64,000 nt of DNA from an uncultured Thermoplasmata archaeon (GTDB taxonomy: Archaea > Thermoplasmatota > Thermoplasmata > RBG-16-68-12): the NCBI GenBank assembly GCA_963768855.1, contig CAVYJM010000021.1, positions 1-64,000 of the forward strand, written 5' to 3'. The notes under the pieces were generated by a model, which did no database searches, was not told the DNA's origin, and was given only the letters and a program-made list of their open reading frames with translations. Made by a program: the position numbers and the translations under genes. Shown one piece after another: positions 18,514 through 28,819 of this stretch; positions within the stretch are counted from its first letter, which is position 1, and each line of letters begins with the position of its first letter.

Positions 18514-19547
18514 TCGAGATCGACGGCTCCCACGGTGAGGGCGGGGGCCAGCTCCTCCGGATGGCGGTCGCCCTCTCGGCGCTCACGCGCACGGCGGTGA
18601 CCGTGACCCACATCCGTGCGGGCCGCCCGAACCCTGGGCTCGCGGCCCAGCATGTGACGGCGCTCCGTGCCGTCGCGGCGTTGGCCTCCGCGGAGGTCGA
18701 AGGCCTCGTGCCCGGTTCGCCTCAGGTGGTGTTCCGGCCCGGGGACCTCGTCGGCGGAGACCACGCCTTCGAGGTGGGAACCGCGGGGAGCGTGACCCTT
18801 GTCCTCCAGGCGTGCCTCCCGGTGGCGTTCGCGGCCCGAACCTCGACCCATCTGAGAGTGACCGGGGGAACGGACGTGAAATGGTCCCCACCCCTGGATT
18901 ACTTCGCGCGCGTGTTCCTGCCCTGGATCCGCCGCCTCGGAGGCCAGGCCGACCTCCTCTCCCACCGGCGGGGCTACTACCCGCGAGGCGGCGGGGAGGT
19001 CGAGATTACCATTCAGCCGACGACCGCGTGGTCGCCCCTCACGCTTTCCGAGCCGGGTGCGGTGGAACGCGTCCGGGGAGTCGCGCACGTCGCGAATCTC
19101 CCCGAGGACATCCCGAAGCGGATGAAGAACGCCGCGCTCCGGCGTCTCCACGGCGTGCCGGATTCGAAGATCGAGGAGCGGGTCTATCCAAGCGAAGACG
19201 CCGTGGGCCAGGGTGGTGCCGTCGTCCTGTGGGCGGAACGCGAGCATACCCTCCTCGGGGCGGATTGCCTTGCGGAGCGGGGGAAGTCCGCCGAGCGCGT
19301 CGGAGAGGAGGCCGCCGAGAATCTGGAGGCCGAGCTCCTGTCCGGTGCGACCGTGGACTTGCACGCCGCCGACCAGCTCGTCGTGTATCTCGCGCTCGCC
19401 GAGCGGCCCTGTTCGTTCCTCGTGCGCGAGGTCAGCGGCCACCTGCGCACGATGGCGTGGCTCATCCCTCAGTTCCTGAAGCGAACCGTGGAGTTCCAGA
19501 GCATCGGGGAGCTGTCCCGCGTCAAGATCAGCGACCCGAGCGCCTAG
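18510..19547 (+). CDS. rtcA: RNA 3'-terminal phosphate cyclase
   Basis: [62 protein letters not shown] overlap with the upstream gene. Confidence 0.94.
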   Translation: MIEIDGSHGEGGGQLLRMAVALSALTRTAVTVTHIRAGRPNPGLAAQHVTALRAVAALASAEVEGLVPGSPQVVFRPGDLVGGDHAFEVGTAGSVTLVLQACLPVAFAARTSTHLRVTGGTDVKWSPPLDYFARVFLPWIRRLGGQADLLSHRRGYYPRGGGEVEITIQPTTAWSPLTLSEPGAVERVRGVAHVANLPEDIPKRMKNAALRRLHGVPDSKIEERVYPSEDAVGQGGAVVLWAEREHTLLGADCLAERGKSAERVGEEAAENLEAELLSGATVDLHAADQLVVYLALAERPCSFLVREVSGHLRTMAWLIPQFLKRTVEFQSIGELSRVKISDPSA

Positions 19548-20311
19548 CCGTACATGCTCGGCCGCGCAGGCTCCGATCCGGGCTTCTTCACCGCGTCGGC
19601 CTGGTGGTGGATGGACTTGAGCTGCATCTCGATCCGCTCGGCCTCCTCGTAGAGGGGCTTTGCGTCGAGCTCGGTGTGGAGCAGGAGCGCATCGATGACC
19701 TCGATGGCCCGGGCCGCCGCGCGCGCGTCCGGGTAGTCGGGGTGGGCCTCACTCAGCAGCGTGATGACGTCGAAGTCCCGCTTGCGTCCCTCGTTCAGGA
19801 GGACGCCGGCAACGCCCGTGATGACGCCTTCCTCGAAGATGGTGACCTTGTGCTTCCGCAGCATGTCCATGGCCTTGTCCGTCGAGCCGATCCCGTAGAC
19901 CTCAACTTGGCGGTCGTCCGAATCGTCCTCCTTCGAGTCGACGATGAGGCCCTCTGGGCACACGAGGAGGTTGCAGCGCGCGTCCTGGGCCCAGTCGAGG
20001 ACCGTGGAAGCGATCGCCTTGATCAGGTTCGGCGGGGGCTGGAACTCGCTGATGAACACGACGACCTGATCCGAGCCCTCTCGCTTCGGCCCTGCGTAGA
20101 TCCGCACGGGGTTCATCGGTTGCCCGTCGCGGACGAGCGCGACGGTCGGGAAGTAGACCGAGTCCATGATGCCGATCTGGGTGAGGTTCAGGGCGTTGAT
20201 CAGGTAGTTCGCGACGATGGAGCTGACGAGCCCGACGGACGGGAATCCGTCGATGACAGTGGCCCCGCGAAGGTCCATTCTCTTCAGCTCGTAGATCTGG
20301 ATGCCTTCCAT
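19544..20311 (-). CDS. PAC2-family archaeal proteasome assembly chaperone
   Basis: VIDGFPSVGLVSSIVANYL, PVRIYAG, YPDARAAA. Confidence 0.85.
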   Translation of the reverse strand: MEGIQIYELKRMDLRGATVIDGFPSVGLVSSIVANYLINALNLTQIGIMDSVYFPTVALVRDGQPMNPVRIYAGPKREGSDQVVVFISEFQPPPNLIKAIASTVLDWAQDARCNLLVCPEGLIVDSKEDDSDDRQVEVYGIGSTDKAMDMLRKHKVTIFEEGVITGVAGVLLNEGRKRDFDVITLLSEAHPDYPDARAAARAIEVIDALLLHTELDAKPLYEEAERIEMQLKSIHHQADAVKKPGSEPARPSMYG

Positions 20312-20430
20312 AGGCGGCGGCCCATCTCGGGCGGGTTACTTAAAGATACCCGCCTCGTGTCTCACACATGAGAACACTCGCCGAACGAGCACGTTCTCGG
20401 TTGCCATCATCTCTCGTGGTGGTGGCCGTT

Positions 20431-20850
20431 TCACGGGTCGGGGAGCACCTGCCATGTGTTCTCAAACGCCACGCCGCCGCGGCGGAGCATGATCCCCACG
20501 GAGCAGTACTTCTCGGTCGACAGGTCGACCGCCCGCTTGACCGCGGACTCCTTGATTCCGGCGCCATAGACGCGGTAGTGCAGCCGGATCTTCGTGAAGA
20601 CCTTCGGATCCTGCTTCGCCCGCTCCGCTTCGCCGTCGATCTCGAGCCTCGTGAAGGGGACCCGTTGCTTGTTCAGGATCCAGACGACGTCCGAGGCGGT
20701 GCACCCCATCGCGGCGAGCAGGGTCGCCTGCATCGGAGACGGACCCGGGATCGGTTCCTCCTTCTGCTCCGCATCCATGACGATGGCGGGAGTCCCTTCG
20801 ACCCGCGCCTCGAATCGCATGCCGCGGATCTGCGTCAGATGGGCTTTCAT
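20431..20850 (-). CDS. OsmC-family protein
   Basis: PSPMQATLLAAMGCTASDV...AVDLSTEKYCSV. Confidence 0.88.
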   Translation of the reverse strand: MKAHLTQIRGMRFEARVEGTPAIVMDAEQKEEPIPGPSPMQATLLAAMGCTASDVVWILNKQRVPFTRLEIDGEAERAKQDPKVFTKIRLHYRVYGAGIKESAVKRAVDLSTEKYCSVGIMLRRGGVAFENTWQVLPDP

Positions 20851-20945
20851 GGCACGCCTCTTCCCTACGACGACCTCGTCGCTACTAGAACGTTCGGGCC
20901 GCACCGACCGGAACATAGTTATTCGTCCCTCCCTTTGGCACGCCC

Positions 20946-21581
20946 GTGCGGCCCCATGTCGTGATCAACGCCGCGATGAGCGTCGACGGAAAGATCGCCT
21001 TCGCCGACGCCCGCCCCGCGAAGCTGAGCAACGCGGAGGACACCGCCCGCGTCCATCGCCTCCGGGGAGAGGTCGACGCCATCCTGGTCGGCGTCGGCAC
21101 GGTCCTCAAGGACAATCCCAAGCTCACTGTGAAACCGGAGCATTCGCACGGACGCAATCCGTTGCGGATCGTCCTCGATTCGGCCGGGAAGACGCCGGAT
21201 CACGCGCACGTCCTCGACGGGACCGCGGAGACGCTGATCGCGACGAGCCTCGACTGCACGCGGGAGTTCGACCACGCGCAGGTGTTCCGGGCGGGGAAGG
21301 ACGAGGTCGACCTCGTCCCCTTCCTCGATCATTTGTCAGAGCGCGGGGTGAAGACCCTCCTCGTCGAAGGCGGGAGCACCGTGATCTGGTCGTTCCTCCG
21401 CCAGCGCCTCGCGGACGAGCTCAAGGTGTTCGTCGCGAGCACGGTCCTCGGGGGCCACGCGGCCCCTACCCTCACGGGAGGCCCGGGCGTGCACACGCTG
21501 GACGAGGCCTTCCACCTCCGACTGGACAAGGCGGAGCGCCTCGGCGACGGCCTTCTCCTGGAGTACACGGTGGGCCCGTGA
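20946..21581 (+). CDS. 2,5-diamino-6-ribosylamino-4(3H)-pyrimidinone 5'-phosphate reductase (RibD C-terminal/Rib7 type)
   Basis: RPHVVINAAMSVDGKI, DAILVGVGTVLKDNP.LTV, LLVEGG. Confidence 0.9.
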   Translation: MRPHVVINAAMSVDGKIAFADARPAKLSNAEDTARVHRLRGEVDAILVGVGTVLKDNPKLTVKPEHSHGRNPLRIVLDSAGKTPDHAHVLDGTAETLIATSLDCTREFDHAQVFRAGKDEVDLVPFLDHLSERGVKTLLVEGGSTVIWSFLRQRLADELKVFVASTVLGGHAAPTLTGGPGVHTLDEAFHLRLDKAERLGDGLLLEYTVGP

Positions 21582-22030
21582 AGCTCCTCTGCGATCACAT
21601 GCTCGGCACCCTGGCCAAGTGGCTCCGATTCATGGGATACGACACGGCGTACCCCGGCCCCCTCGACGACACGGAGCTCCTCGCCCTGTCGAGGCGCGAG
21701 GGCCGCGTGCTCCTGACGCGGGACAAGGAGCTCGCCTCGCGCTCGCCCGACACGATCCGCGTGCGGAGCGACGACCTCGAGGAGCAGATCCGCGAGGTCG
21801 CCTCCGCCCTCGGGCTTCGCGTCACCGAACCGCTGTCCCGATGCTCCCTGTGCAACACGATCTTGGTCGCCGCCCGGAAGGAGGAGGTGGCGGATCTGGT
21901 CCCGGAGGGAGTCCGGTCCCGCCACGAGACGTTCTGGCGGTGCCCATCATGCGGCCGGGTCTACTGGCAGGGCAGCCACTGGGACAAGATGGTCGAGCGG
22001 CTGGACCACCTGTCCGCGAGCTCTCCCTGA
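21578..22030 (+). CDS. Mut7-C RNase domain protein (PIN fold plus Zn ribbon)
   Basis: KLLCDHMLGTLAKWLRFMGYDT, LLTRD, RCSLCN, CPSCGRVYWQGSH. GTGA overlap with the upstream gene. Confidence 0.9.
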   Translation: MKLLCDHMLGTLAKWLRFMGYDTAYPGPLDDTELLALSRREGRVLLTRDKELASRSPDTIRVRSDDLEEQIREVASALGLRVTEPLSRCSLCNTILVAARKEEVADLVPEGVRSRHETFWRCPSCGRVYWQGSHWDKMVERLDHLSASSP

Positions 22031-22043
22031 ATTTCGGACGGAC

Positions 22044-22272
22044 TCACTGTCTGCGGCGAGCCACGAGGAAGCCTGCCACGAGGAGCACCACGCCGACTCC
22101 GGCCAGGATTGCGTCCCACGTCCGTGTTCCCAAGAAGCGCGTAACCAGCGCCGATGACGAGGCCGAGGATCCCGACGATCGCGGCGGCCCCTCCATACAG
22201 ATATGAGTCGGCGTGGGCCGTTCCACCCGAGGAGGACTGCCCGGCCGAGCTCGAAGTGCGATTCTTTGCCAC
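22044..22272 (-). pseudogene. Small two-TM protein with an apparent 1-nt insertion near 22113
   Basis: One frame gives YLYGGAAAIVGILGLVIGAGYALLGNTDVG and the next gives AILAGVGVVLLVAGFLVARRRQ*. Removing one base fuses them. Confidence 0.45.
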
Positions 22273-22371
22273 GTGGCCACGATGGAGGTTTGGTCGCATA
22301 ATCCCTCGGTCGCTCGCTCCGGAACGCAAACCCTAATAAGCGCAGGCGGAAATCGGGTGAGGGTCCAACGG

Positions 22372-23454
22372 ATGGAAGGCAGCCTCGTCCTGGAGGACGG
22401 CACGATCATCCGGGGCTTGTTTTTCGGTTCCTCGAAGACGTCCTTCGGAGAGCTCGTGTTCAACACGAACATGACGGGCTACACGGAAGCCCTCACGGAC
22501 CCCTCCTACCGAGGGCAGATCCTCCTGATGACGTACCCGCTCATCGGCAACTACGGCGTCGATCCCGCGTGGATGGAGTCCGACGCGATCCAGGTCACCG
22601 GGTTCGTCGTCAAGGAAGCCTGTGCAACGCCGAGTCACGCGCGGAGCCAGCAGGGGCTCGACCCCTTCCTCCGCGAACACCACGTGCCCGGGCTCCAGGG
22701 CGCCGACACGCGCGCCCTGACGATTCGCATCCGGAGCCGGGGGACGATGAAAGCCGCCCTGGTTCCCGCGGACGACGACGTCGACGCGGCGGCGAAGGAG
22801 GTCCGCCGGATGCCCTATCCCGACCGGCGCAACCTGGTCGCCGAGGTCAGCTGCCGCAAGCCGATCCGCTACCCGGGGGCGGGCAAGCGCACGATCGTCG
22901 TGGTGGACTGCGGCGTGAAGCGCAACATCCTCCGGGAGGCCCAGCGCTACGCGGATGTCGTCCGCGTCCCCTGGAATGCGACCGCCGAGGACATCCTGGC
23001 GGAGAAACCCGCGGGTGTGATCCTCTCCAACGGTCCCGGGGATCCGGCGCATCCCGACCTCCAGAGCACGACGGTCCGTGCCGCGCGAGAGCTCGCGGGA
23101 CAGGTCCCGCTCCTCGGCATCTGTCTCGGCCACCAGATCCTCGCCCTGGCGTTCGGAGCGAAGACGTTCAAGCTGAAGTTCGGCCACCGGGGCGGGAACC
23201 AACCGGTGAAGGACCTCCGGACCGGCCGCGTCCACATCACCTCCCAGAACCACGGGTTCGCAGTCGACGAGGGCTCCCTGGATGCGGCCGAGTTCGATGT
23301 CACCCATCGGAACTTGAACGACAACACGGTCGAGGGGATCGTCCACCGCTCGCTCCCGGTGTTCTCCGTCCAGTACCACCCGGAGGCCCGCCCCGGTCCC
23401 TGGGACAACGCCTACATCTTCCGCGACTTCGTCGCCGAGCTCCGGGAGCGGTGA
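22372..23454 (+). CDS. carA: Carbamoyl-phosphate synthase small subunit
   Basis: GELVFNTNMTGY.E.LTDPSY, SNGPGDP, GICLGHQ, FGHRGGN, SQNHG, QYHPEA. Confidence 0.96.
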   Translation: MEGSLVLEDGTIIRGLFFGSSKTSFGELVFNTNMTGYTEALTDPSYRGQILLMTYPLIGNYGVDPAWMESDAIQVTGFVVKEACATPSHARSQQGLDPFLREHHVPGLQGADTRALTIRIRSRGTMKAALVPADDDVDAAAKEVRRMPYPDRRNLVAEVSCRKPIRYPGAGKRTIVVVDCGVKRNILREAQRYADVVRVPWNATAEDILAEKPAGVILSNGPGDPAHPDLQSTTVRAARELAGQVPLLGICLGHQILALAFGAKTFKLKFGHRGGNQPVKDLRTGRVHITSQNHGFAVDEGSLDAAEFDVTHRNLNDNTVEGIVHRSLPVFSVQYHPEARPGPWDNAYIFRDFVAELRER

Positions 23455-23473
23455 CGGATGGGAGGTGGCGGGC

Positions 23474-26400
23474 GTGCCTCGGAGGGGTGACCTGAAGACC
23501 GTCATGGTCATCGGCTCCGGTCCCATCGTCATCGGGCAGGCCGCCGAGTTCGACTACTCGGGCTCCCAGGCCTGCCGCTCCCTGCGCGCGGAGGGGCTGC
23601 GCGTCGTCCTCGTGAACAGCAACCCCGCGACGATCCAGACCGATCCCGAGACGGCCGACGCGGTGTACGTCGAGCCCCTGACGATTGAGTTCCTGGAGAA
23701 GATCATCGCCGCGGAGCGGCCGCAGGGAATCTTGAGCGGCATGGGCGGTCAGACGGGGCTCAACCTCTCCAGCGAGCTCGCGGAGCGGGGCGTCCTCCGG
23801 AAGCACGGCGTCGAACTGCTCGGCACGAAGCTCGAGGCCATCCAGGCCGGCGAGGACCGGGAGAAGTTCGCCGCGCTCATGCGGTCCATCGGCGAGCCCG
23901 TCCCGCGCAGTCGGGCCGTCTCCGATGTCGCGGCGGCTCAGGCGTTCGCGGAGGAGGTCGGGTTTCCCGTCATCGTCCGCGCGGCGTACACCCTGGGAGG
24001 GAGCGGAAGCGGCGTCGCGCACGGCCGCGAGGAGCTCGAGCATATCGTAGGCTTGGGCGTCGCCTACTCGCGGATCAAGCAGGTCCTCGTGGAGGAGAGC
24101 GTCCTCGGGTGGAAGGAGTTCGAGTACGAGGTCATGCGGGATGCGGCGGACAACTGCATCACGATCTGCAACATGGAGAACCTCGACCCGATGGGCATCC
24201 ACACGGGCGAGTCGATCGTCGTCGCGCCGGCCCAGACCCTGAGCGACCAGGACCACCAGACCCTGCGGTCCGCCGCGCTCCGGATCATCCGCGCCCTCGG
24301 CATCGAGGGCGGCTGCAATATCCAGTTCGCGGTCCACCCCAAGACGGGCGAGTACCGCGTGATCGAGGTGAACCCGCGGGTCTCCCGGTCCTCGGCCCTC
24401 GCTTCGAAGGCCACCGGCTACCCGATCGCTCGCATCGCCGCGAAGATCGCGGTGGGGATGACCCTGGACGAGATCCCGAACCCCGTGACGGGGAAGACGC
24501 TCGCCTCCTTCGAGCCCACCCTCGACTACGTCGTGACGAAGATCCCGCGGTGGCCCTTCGACAAGTTCCGGACGGTCGACCGCCGGATCAGCACCTCGAT
24601 GAAGAGCACGGGCGAGGTCATGGCGATCGGGCGGACCCTTGAGGAATCGCTCCTCAAGGCGGTCCGCTCCCTGGAGATTGGACGTCCCGGCCTCGACCCC
24701 GACCCGCGCCCGGACGAGGAGCTGCGGGAGGACCTGGAGCATCCGACGGATCGTCGCCTCTTCGTAATCGCGGAGGCCCTTCGGCGGGGATGGGCGGTCG
24801 AGAAGGTGGCGACGCTGACCTCCTGGGACCCGTTCTTCGTCCGGAAGGTCCGGAACCTCGTCGACCTCGAGAAACGCCTGAAGGAGGGTCCGCCGTCCAA
24901 GGCGATCCTCGCCGAGGCGAAGCGCTGCGGATTCTCGGATATTGAGCTCGCGCGGATTCTGGGATGGCCCGAGGCCCGCGTGCGAAAGTCGCGTCCGCCG
25001 GCCGCCTACAAGATGGTCGACACGTGCGGCGGCGAGTTCGAGGCCGAGACGCCGTACTTCTACTCGACATATGAGTCGTCGAGCGAGGTGCGACGGACGA
25101 AGGGACGGAAGGTCCTGATCGTCGGCGCCGGACCGATCCGGATCGGCCAAGGCGTCGAGTTCGACTACTGCTGTGTCCAAGGGATCTTCGCCCTCCGAGA
25201 GGAGGGCGTCGCGGCGATCATCGCGAACAACAACCCGGAGACCGTGTCGACCGACTTCGACATCTCGGACCGCCTGTACTTCGAGCCACTCCTCCTGGAG
25301 GACATCCTGAACATCATCGACGTGGAGAAGCCCGACGGCGTCATCGTCCAATTCGGTGGCCAGACCTCAGTCAACCTCGCCGTCCCGTTGCAGAGGGAGC
25401 TCTCCCGCCGGAGGTCGAAGACGAAGATCCTCGGGACCCCGGCCGATTCGATCGACCTTGCGGAGGACCGGCGACGGTTCGCGGCCCTCATGACCCGCCT
25501 CCGGATCCCCCAGCCCCGAGGGGCGTCGGGCTTCAGCTTCGAGGAGGTCCGGGAGGCAGCGGCCCGCATCGGCTATCCCGTCCTCGTTCGGCCGTCCTAC
25601 GTCCTCGGCGGCCGCGGGATGGAGATCGTCCACGGGGAGGACGACCTCCGGGGTTTCATGGAGGCCGCGACCCGCGTCTCGAAGGACCACCCCGTCCTGG
25701 TCGACAAGTACCTCTCCCATGCTACGGAGATCGACGTCGACGTCGTCTCGGACGGCCGGGACGTGTTCATCGGAGGGATCCAGGAGCACATCGAGGAGGC
25801 GGGGATCCACTCGGGGGATGCGGCCTGCGTGCTTCCGAGCCAGACTCTTTCCCCGGACGTGCTCCGCCGCGTCCGGACCACGACGCGGCGCGTGTGCCGA
25901 GCCCTCCGCATCGTCGGCCTGGCCAACCTCCAGCTCGCGGTCAAGGACGGCACGGTCTACGTCCTCGAGGCGAACCCCCGCGCGAGCCGGACGGTCCCCT
26001 ACGTGTCCAAGGCGATTGGCATCAGCCTGGCCAAGGTGGCCACGAAGGTGATGCTCGGCGCCTCCCTGAGGAGCCTCGGACTCGGGAAGGAGCCGAAGAT
26101 CGACCACGTCGCGGTGAAGGCTCCTGTGTTCCCCTTCCAGCGTCTTCCCGGGGTCGACACCGTGCTCGGGCCCGAGATGAAGAGCACGGGCGAGGTCATG
26201 GGGATCGACCGGACCCTCGGCCGCGCGTACGCGAAGGCGATGACCGCGGCGGGCCAAGCGCTCCCCACCTCGGGCGGCGTGTACCTCACGGTCCGCGACG
26301 AGGACAAGCCTTTGATTCTCCCCGTCGCGGCGCGGCTGGCGGCCCTCGGCCTGACCCTGTACGCGACCCGGGGCACCTCGCAGTTCCTGCGCGAGCACGC

Positions 26401-26698
26401 AGTCCCCGTGACGACCGTCTACCGGATCAGCGAGAACCAGTCCCCGGACGCGCTTGGCCTCATGCGCCGGGGGGAGATCCAGCTCGTGATCAACACGCCC
26501 ACGAACTCGAGCGGCGCCCGCCGGGACGGCTACATGATGCGTCGCCTCGCGGTCGACCTCAACATCCCGTTCATCCCGACGATCCAGGCCGCGGTCGCCG
26601 CGGCGCAGGCGATCGAGGAGATGCGACACGGGGACCTCGGGGTCCGCTCCCTCCAGTCCTACGGCTCCGCGGTGATTCCCAGAGGGGCAAAGCTTTAG
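23474..26698 (+). CDS. carB: Carbamoyl-phosphate synthase large subunit
   Basis: VIGSGPIVIGQAAEFDYSG, two ATP-grasp halves, GPIRIGQGVEFDYC, MGS domain. GGAGG RBS at 23461. Confidence 0.97.
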   Translation: MPRRGDLKTVMVIGSGPIVIGQAAEFDYSGSQACRSLRAEGLRVVLVNSNPATIQTDPETADAVYVEPLTIEFLEKIIAAERPQGILSGMGGQTGLNLSSELAERGVLRKHGVELLGTKLEAIQAGEDREKFAALMRSIGEPVPRSRAVSDVAAAQAFAEEVGFPVIVRAAYTLGGSGSGVAHGREELEHIVGLGVAYSRIKQVLVEESVLGWKEFEYEVMRDAADNCITICNMENLDPMGIHTGESIVVAPAQTLSDQDHQTLRSAALRIIRALGIEGGCNIQFAVHPKTGEYRVIEVNPRVSRSSALASKATGYPIARIAAKIAVGMTLDEIPNPVTGKTLASFEPTLDYVVTKIPRWPFDKFRTVDRRISTSMKSTGEVMAIGRTLEESLLKAVRSLEIGRPGLDPDPRPDEELREDLEHPTDRRLFVIAEALRRGWAVEKVATLTSWDPFFVRKVRNLVDLEKRLKEGPPSKAILAEAKRCGFSDIELARILGWPEARVRKSRPPAAYKMVDTCGGEFEAETPYFYSTYESSSEVRRTKGRKVLIVGAGPIRIGQGVEFDYCCVQGIFALREEGVAAIIANNNPETVSTDFDISDRLYFEPLLLEDILNIIDVEKPDGVIVQFGGQTSVNLAVPLQRELSRRRSKTKILGTPADSIDLAEDRRRFAALMTRLRIPQPRGASGFSFEEVREAAARIGYPVLVRPSYVLGGRGMEIVHGEDDLRGFMEAATRVSKDHPVLVDKYLSHATEIDVDVVSDGRDVFIGGIQEHIEEAGIHSGDAACVLPSQTLSPDVLRRVRTTTRRVCRALRIVGLANLQLAVKDGTVYVLEANPRASRTVPYVSKAIGISLAKVATKVMLGASLRSLGLGKEPKIDHVAVKAPVFPFQRLPGVDTVLGPEMKSTGEVMGIDRTLGRAYAKAMTAAGQALPTSGGVYLTVRDEDKPLILPVAARLAALGLTLYATRGTSQFLREHAVPVTTVYRISENQSPDALGLMRRGEIQLVINTPTNSSGARRDGYMMRRLAVDLNIPFIPTIQAAVAAAQAIEEMRHGDLGVRSLQSYGSAVIPRGAKL

Positions 26699-26710
26699 CG
26701 ACCTCTGGGG

Positions 26711-27151
26711 ATGGTCGGGGGCATGCGCCTCGCTCGGCTCGCGGGACCCGCGCTGTTCCTCGCCGGCGTCGCGTTCCTCGCCGTCGGATTCCTGGAGAAT
26801 GAGGCCACGCTGAGCCTGTTCGTGATCTTCCCCGTGATCACGGCCACAGGGGTCTGGTCCATGCTCGGCATCCTCCTCATGATCGCGGGATTCTTCCTCT
26901 TCTTCCTGACCTGGCCCGCGGGGACCGGACTGCAGCCCGCCTCGCCCTCCCCGGACACGGCGCCTCCGGCTCCGGGACAGGCGCCCGCCGGCCCCTCGTC
27001 TGCCCGCCGCTGGGGTGGTGTGGTCTTCCTAGGCCCCGTCCCGGTCGTCTTCGGATCGGAACCGAAGGTCACGAGGTGGATGCTCCTCCTGGGCGCGCTG
27101 CTCTTCGTCGCCCTCCTCGTCCTTACAGTCATTTCTCTACGGGGCATCTGA
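26711..27151 (+). CDS. DUF131-like membrane protein
   Basis: WGGVVFLGPVPVVFGS motif flanked by TM segments. Confidence 0.75.
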   Translation: MVGGMRLARLAGPALFLAGVAFLAVGFLENEATLSLFVIFPVITATGVWSMLGILLMIAGFFLFFLTWPAGTGLQPASPSPDTAPPAPGQAPAGPSSARRWGGVVFLGPVPVVFGSEPKVTRWMLLLGALLFVALLVLTVISLRGI

Positions 27152-27188
27152 GTTTTTATCTGCGGCCGTCCTTCGGCCCGTCGAGACC

Positions 27189-28133
27189 ATGCGGATCCTG
27201 ATCACGGACGGACTCGAGGCGGACGCGATCGCGTCGCTGCAGAAGGCCCACCAGGTCGACGTTGCGGAGCTCGACGCGAAGCAGCTGCTCGAGCGGATCC
27301 CCGCGTACGAGGGACTCGTCGTTCGCGGGCGCACGAAGGTCACGAAGGAGGTCTTCGAGAAGGCGTCGAACCTCAAAGTCGTCGGCCGGGCCGGCGTGGG
27401 CGTCGACAACATCGACGTGAACGAGGCGACCGCCCGCAAAGTCCTCGTGGTGAACGCGCCCTCCGCGAGTACGGTGAGCGTCGCCGAGCTGGCGATCGGC
27501 CACATGATCTCGTGGTGCCGTTTCCTGCCCCAGGCGGACAAGAGCATCAAGGAGGGGAAGTGGGAGAAGAAGCAGTTCGAGGGCCACGAGATCTACGGCA
27601 AGACGCTTGGTCTCATCGGCTCGGGCCGGATCGGCGCGGAGGTGGCGAAGCGCGCCCAAGCGTTCGGCATGAAGGTCATTGCCTTCGACCCGTATCTCCC
27701 CCCCGAGGTGGCCCAGAAGATCAACGTCGCCCTCGTGGACAAGGGGACGGTCCTGCGCGATTCGGATTTCATCAGCATCCACGCCGCCCTGACCCCGGAG
27801 ACACGGGGGATGATTGGGGCCCAGGACCTCGCGATGATGAAGAAGACCGCGGTCCTCGTGAACTGCGCCCGCGGCGAGATCGTGCAGGAGGCCGCGCTCT
27901 CGGACGCCTTGAAGGGCGGGACGATCGCGGGCGCCGCGCTCGACGTCTTCGAGAAGGAGCCGCCGGCCGGGAGCCCGCTCCTGTCCGCCCCTCACATCGT
28001 GTTCACGCCCCATCTCGGGGCGTCGACCCACGAGGCCCAGACGAGGGCCGGGGCGATCATCGCGGATCAGGTGATGAAGGCACTCGAGGGCAAGAGGCCG
28101 GACTTCCTGGTGAACCCCAAGGTCCTCGGCTGA
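27189..28133 (+). CDS. serA: D-3-phosphoglycerate dehydrogenase-like D-2-hydroxyacid dehydrogenase (no ACT domain)
   Basis: RAGVGVDNID, GLIGSGRIG, VNCARG, LDVFEKEP, TPHLGAST.EAQ. Confidence 0.8.
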   Translation: MRILITDGLEADAIASLQKAHQVDVAELDAKQLLERIPAYEGLVVRGRTKVTKEVFEKASNLKVVGRAGVGVDNIDVNEATARKVLVVNAPSASTVSVAELAIGHMISWCRFLPQADKSIKEGKWEKKQFEGHEIYGKTLGLIGSGRIGAEVAKRAQAFGMKVIAFDPYLPPEVAQKINVALVDKGTVLRDSDFISIHAALTPETRGMIGAQDLAMMKKTAVLVNCARGEIVQEAALSDALKGGTIAGAALDVFEKEPPAGSPLLSAPHIVFTPHLGASTHEAQTRAGAIIADQVMKALEGKRPDFLVNPKVLG

Positions 28134-28157
28134 AGTGTGCGGTCGGCTCGCGGTCGC

Positions 28158-28724
28158 TCAGTCCTCGCACGCCTTGAGGAAGTTCCGGAAGATCTCGTAG
28201 CCGTGTTCCGTGTTCTCGACCTCCGGATGGAACTGGAGGCCGAACAGGGGCCGCTTCAGGCTGCGCATCGCCTGGACCTGGCAGTTCGGCGAGCTCGCGA
28301 GGGCCACGAAACCCTCGGGCAACGCGCTCACCTCATCGTTGTGCGATTCCCAGACCTCGAAGGAGGGCGGAAGGCCCTCGAACAGGACGTCCGGCTGCTT
28401 GATCGTGAGCACGGCCTTGCCGAACTCGGGGACGGCCGACGGAGCTGCGTCGCCTCCGAAGTGTTTCGCCATGAACTGGTGGCCCGCGCAGATTCCGAGG
28501 ATGGGTGCGTCGACCTTGTCGAGGTACTCACCGTTGCGCCCCATCTTGCCCGGGTCGATCCCGACCCGCGGTGCGCCCCCGGAGAGCACGAGGCCGTCGA
28601 GGTCGTTGAGCTCCGACGCCGGCGTGTCGTTGGGGACGATCTTCGTGTCTGCGCCGAGGTACTTCAGGACCCGCCACTCCCGGTGGGTCCACTGGCCCCC
28701 GTTGTCGACGACGTAGACGCGCAC
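28158..28724 (-). CDS. guaAA: GMP synthase glutamine amidotransferase subunit A
   Basis: VDNGGQWTH, LSGG, GICAGHQ, SHNDEV, QFHPEV. Confidence 0.9.
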   Translation of the reverse strand: MRVYVVDNGGQWTHREWRVLKYLGADTKIVPNDTPASELNDLDGLVLSGGAPRVGIDPGKMGRNGEYLDKVDAPILGICAGHQFMAKHFGGDAAPSAVPEFGKAVLTIKQPDVLFEGLPPSFEVWESHNDEVSALPEGFVALASSPNCQVQAMRSLKRPLFGLQFHPEVENTEHGYEIFRNFLKACED

Positions 28725-28819
28725 GCAGGTTGCAAGCGAGAGCGGTGGAAAAAGGTTTCCCGTGGGAACGACGGTTCGGTCCGGTTCCTTATGTACGCCC
28801 CGGCGGTATCCCGGACTCC

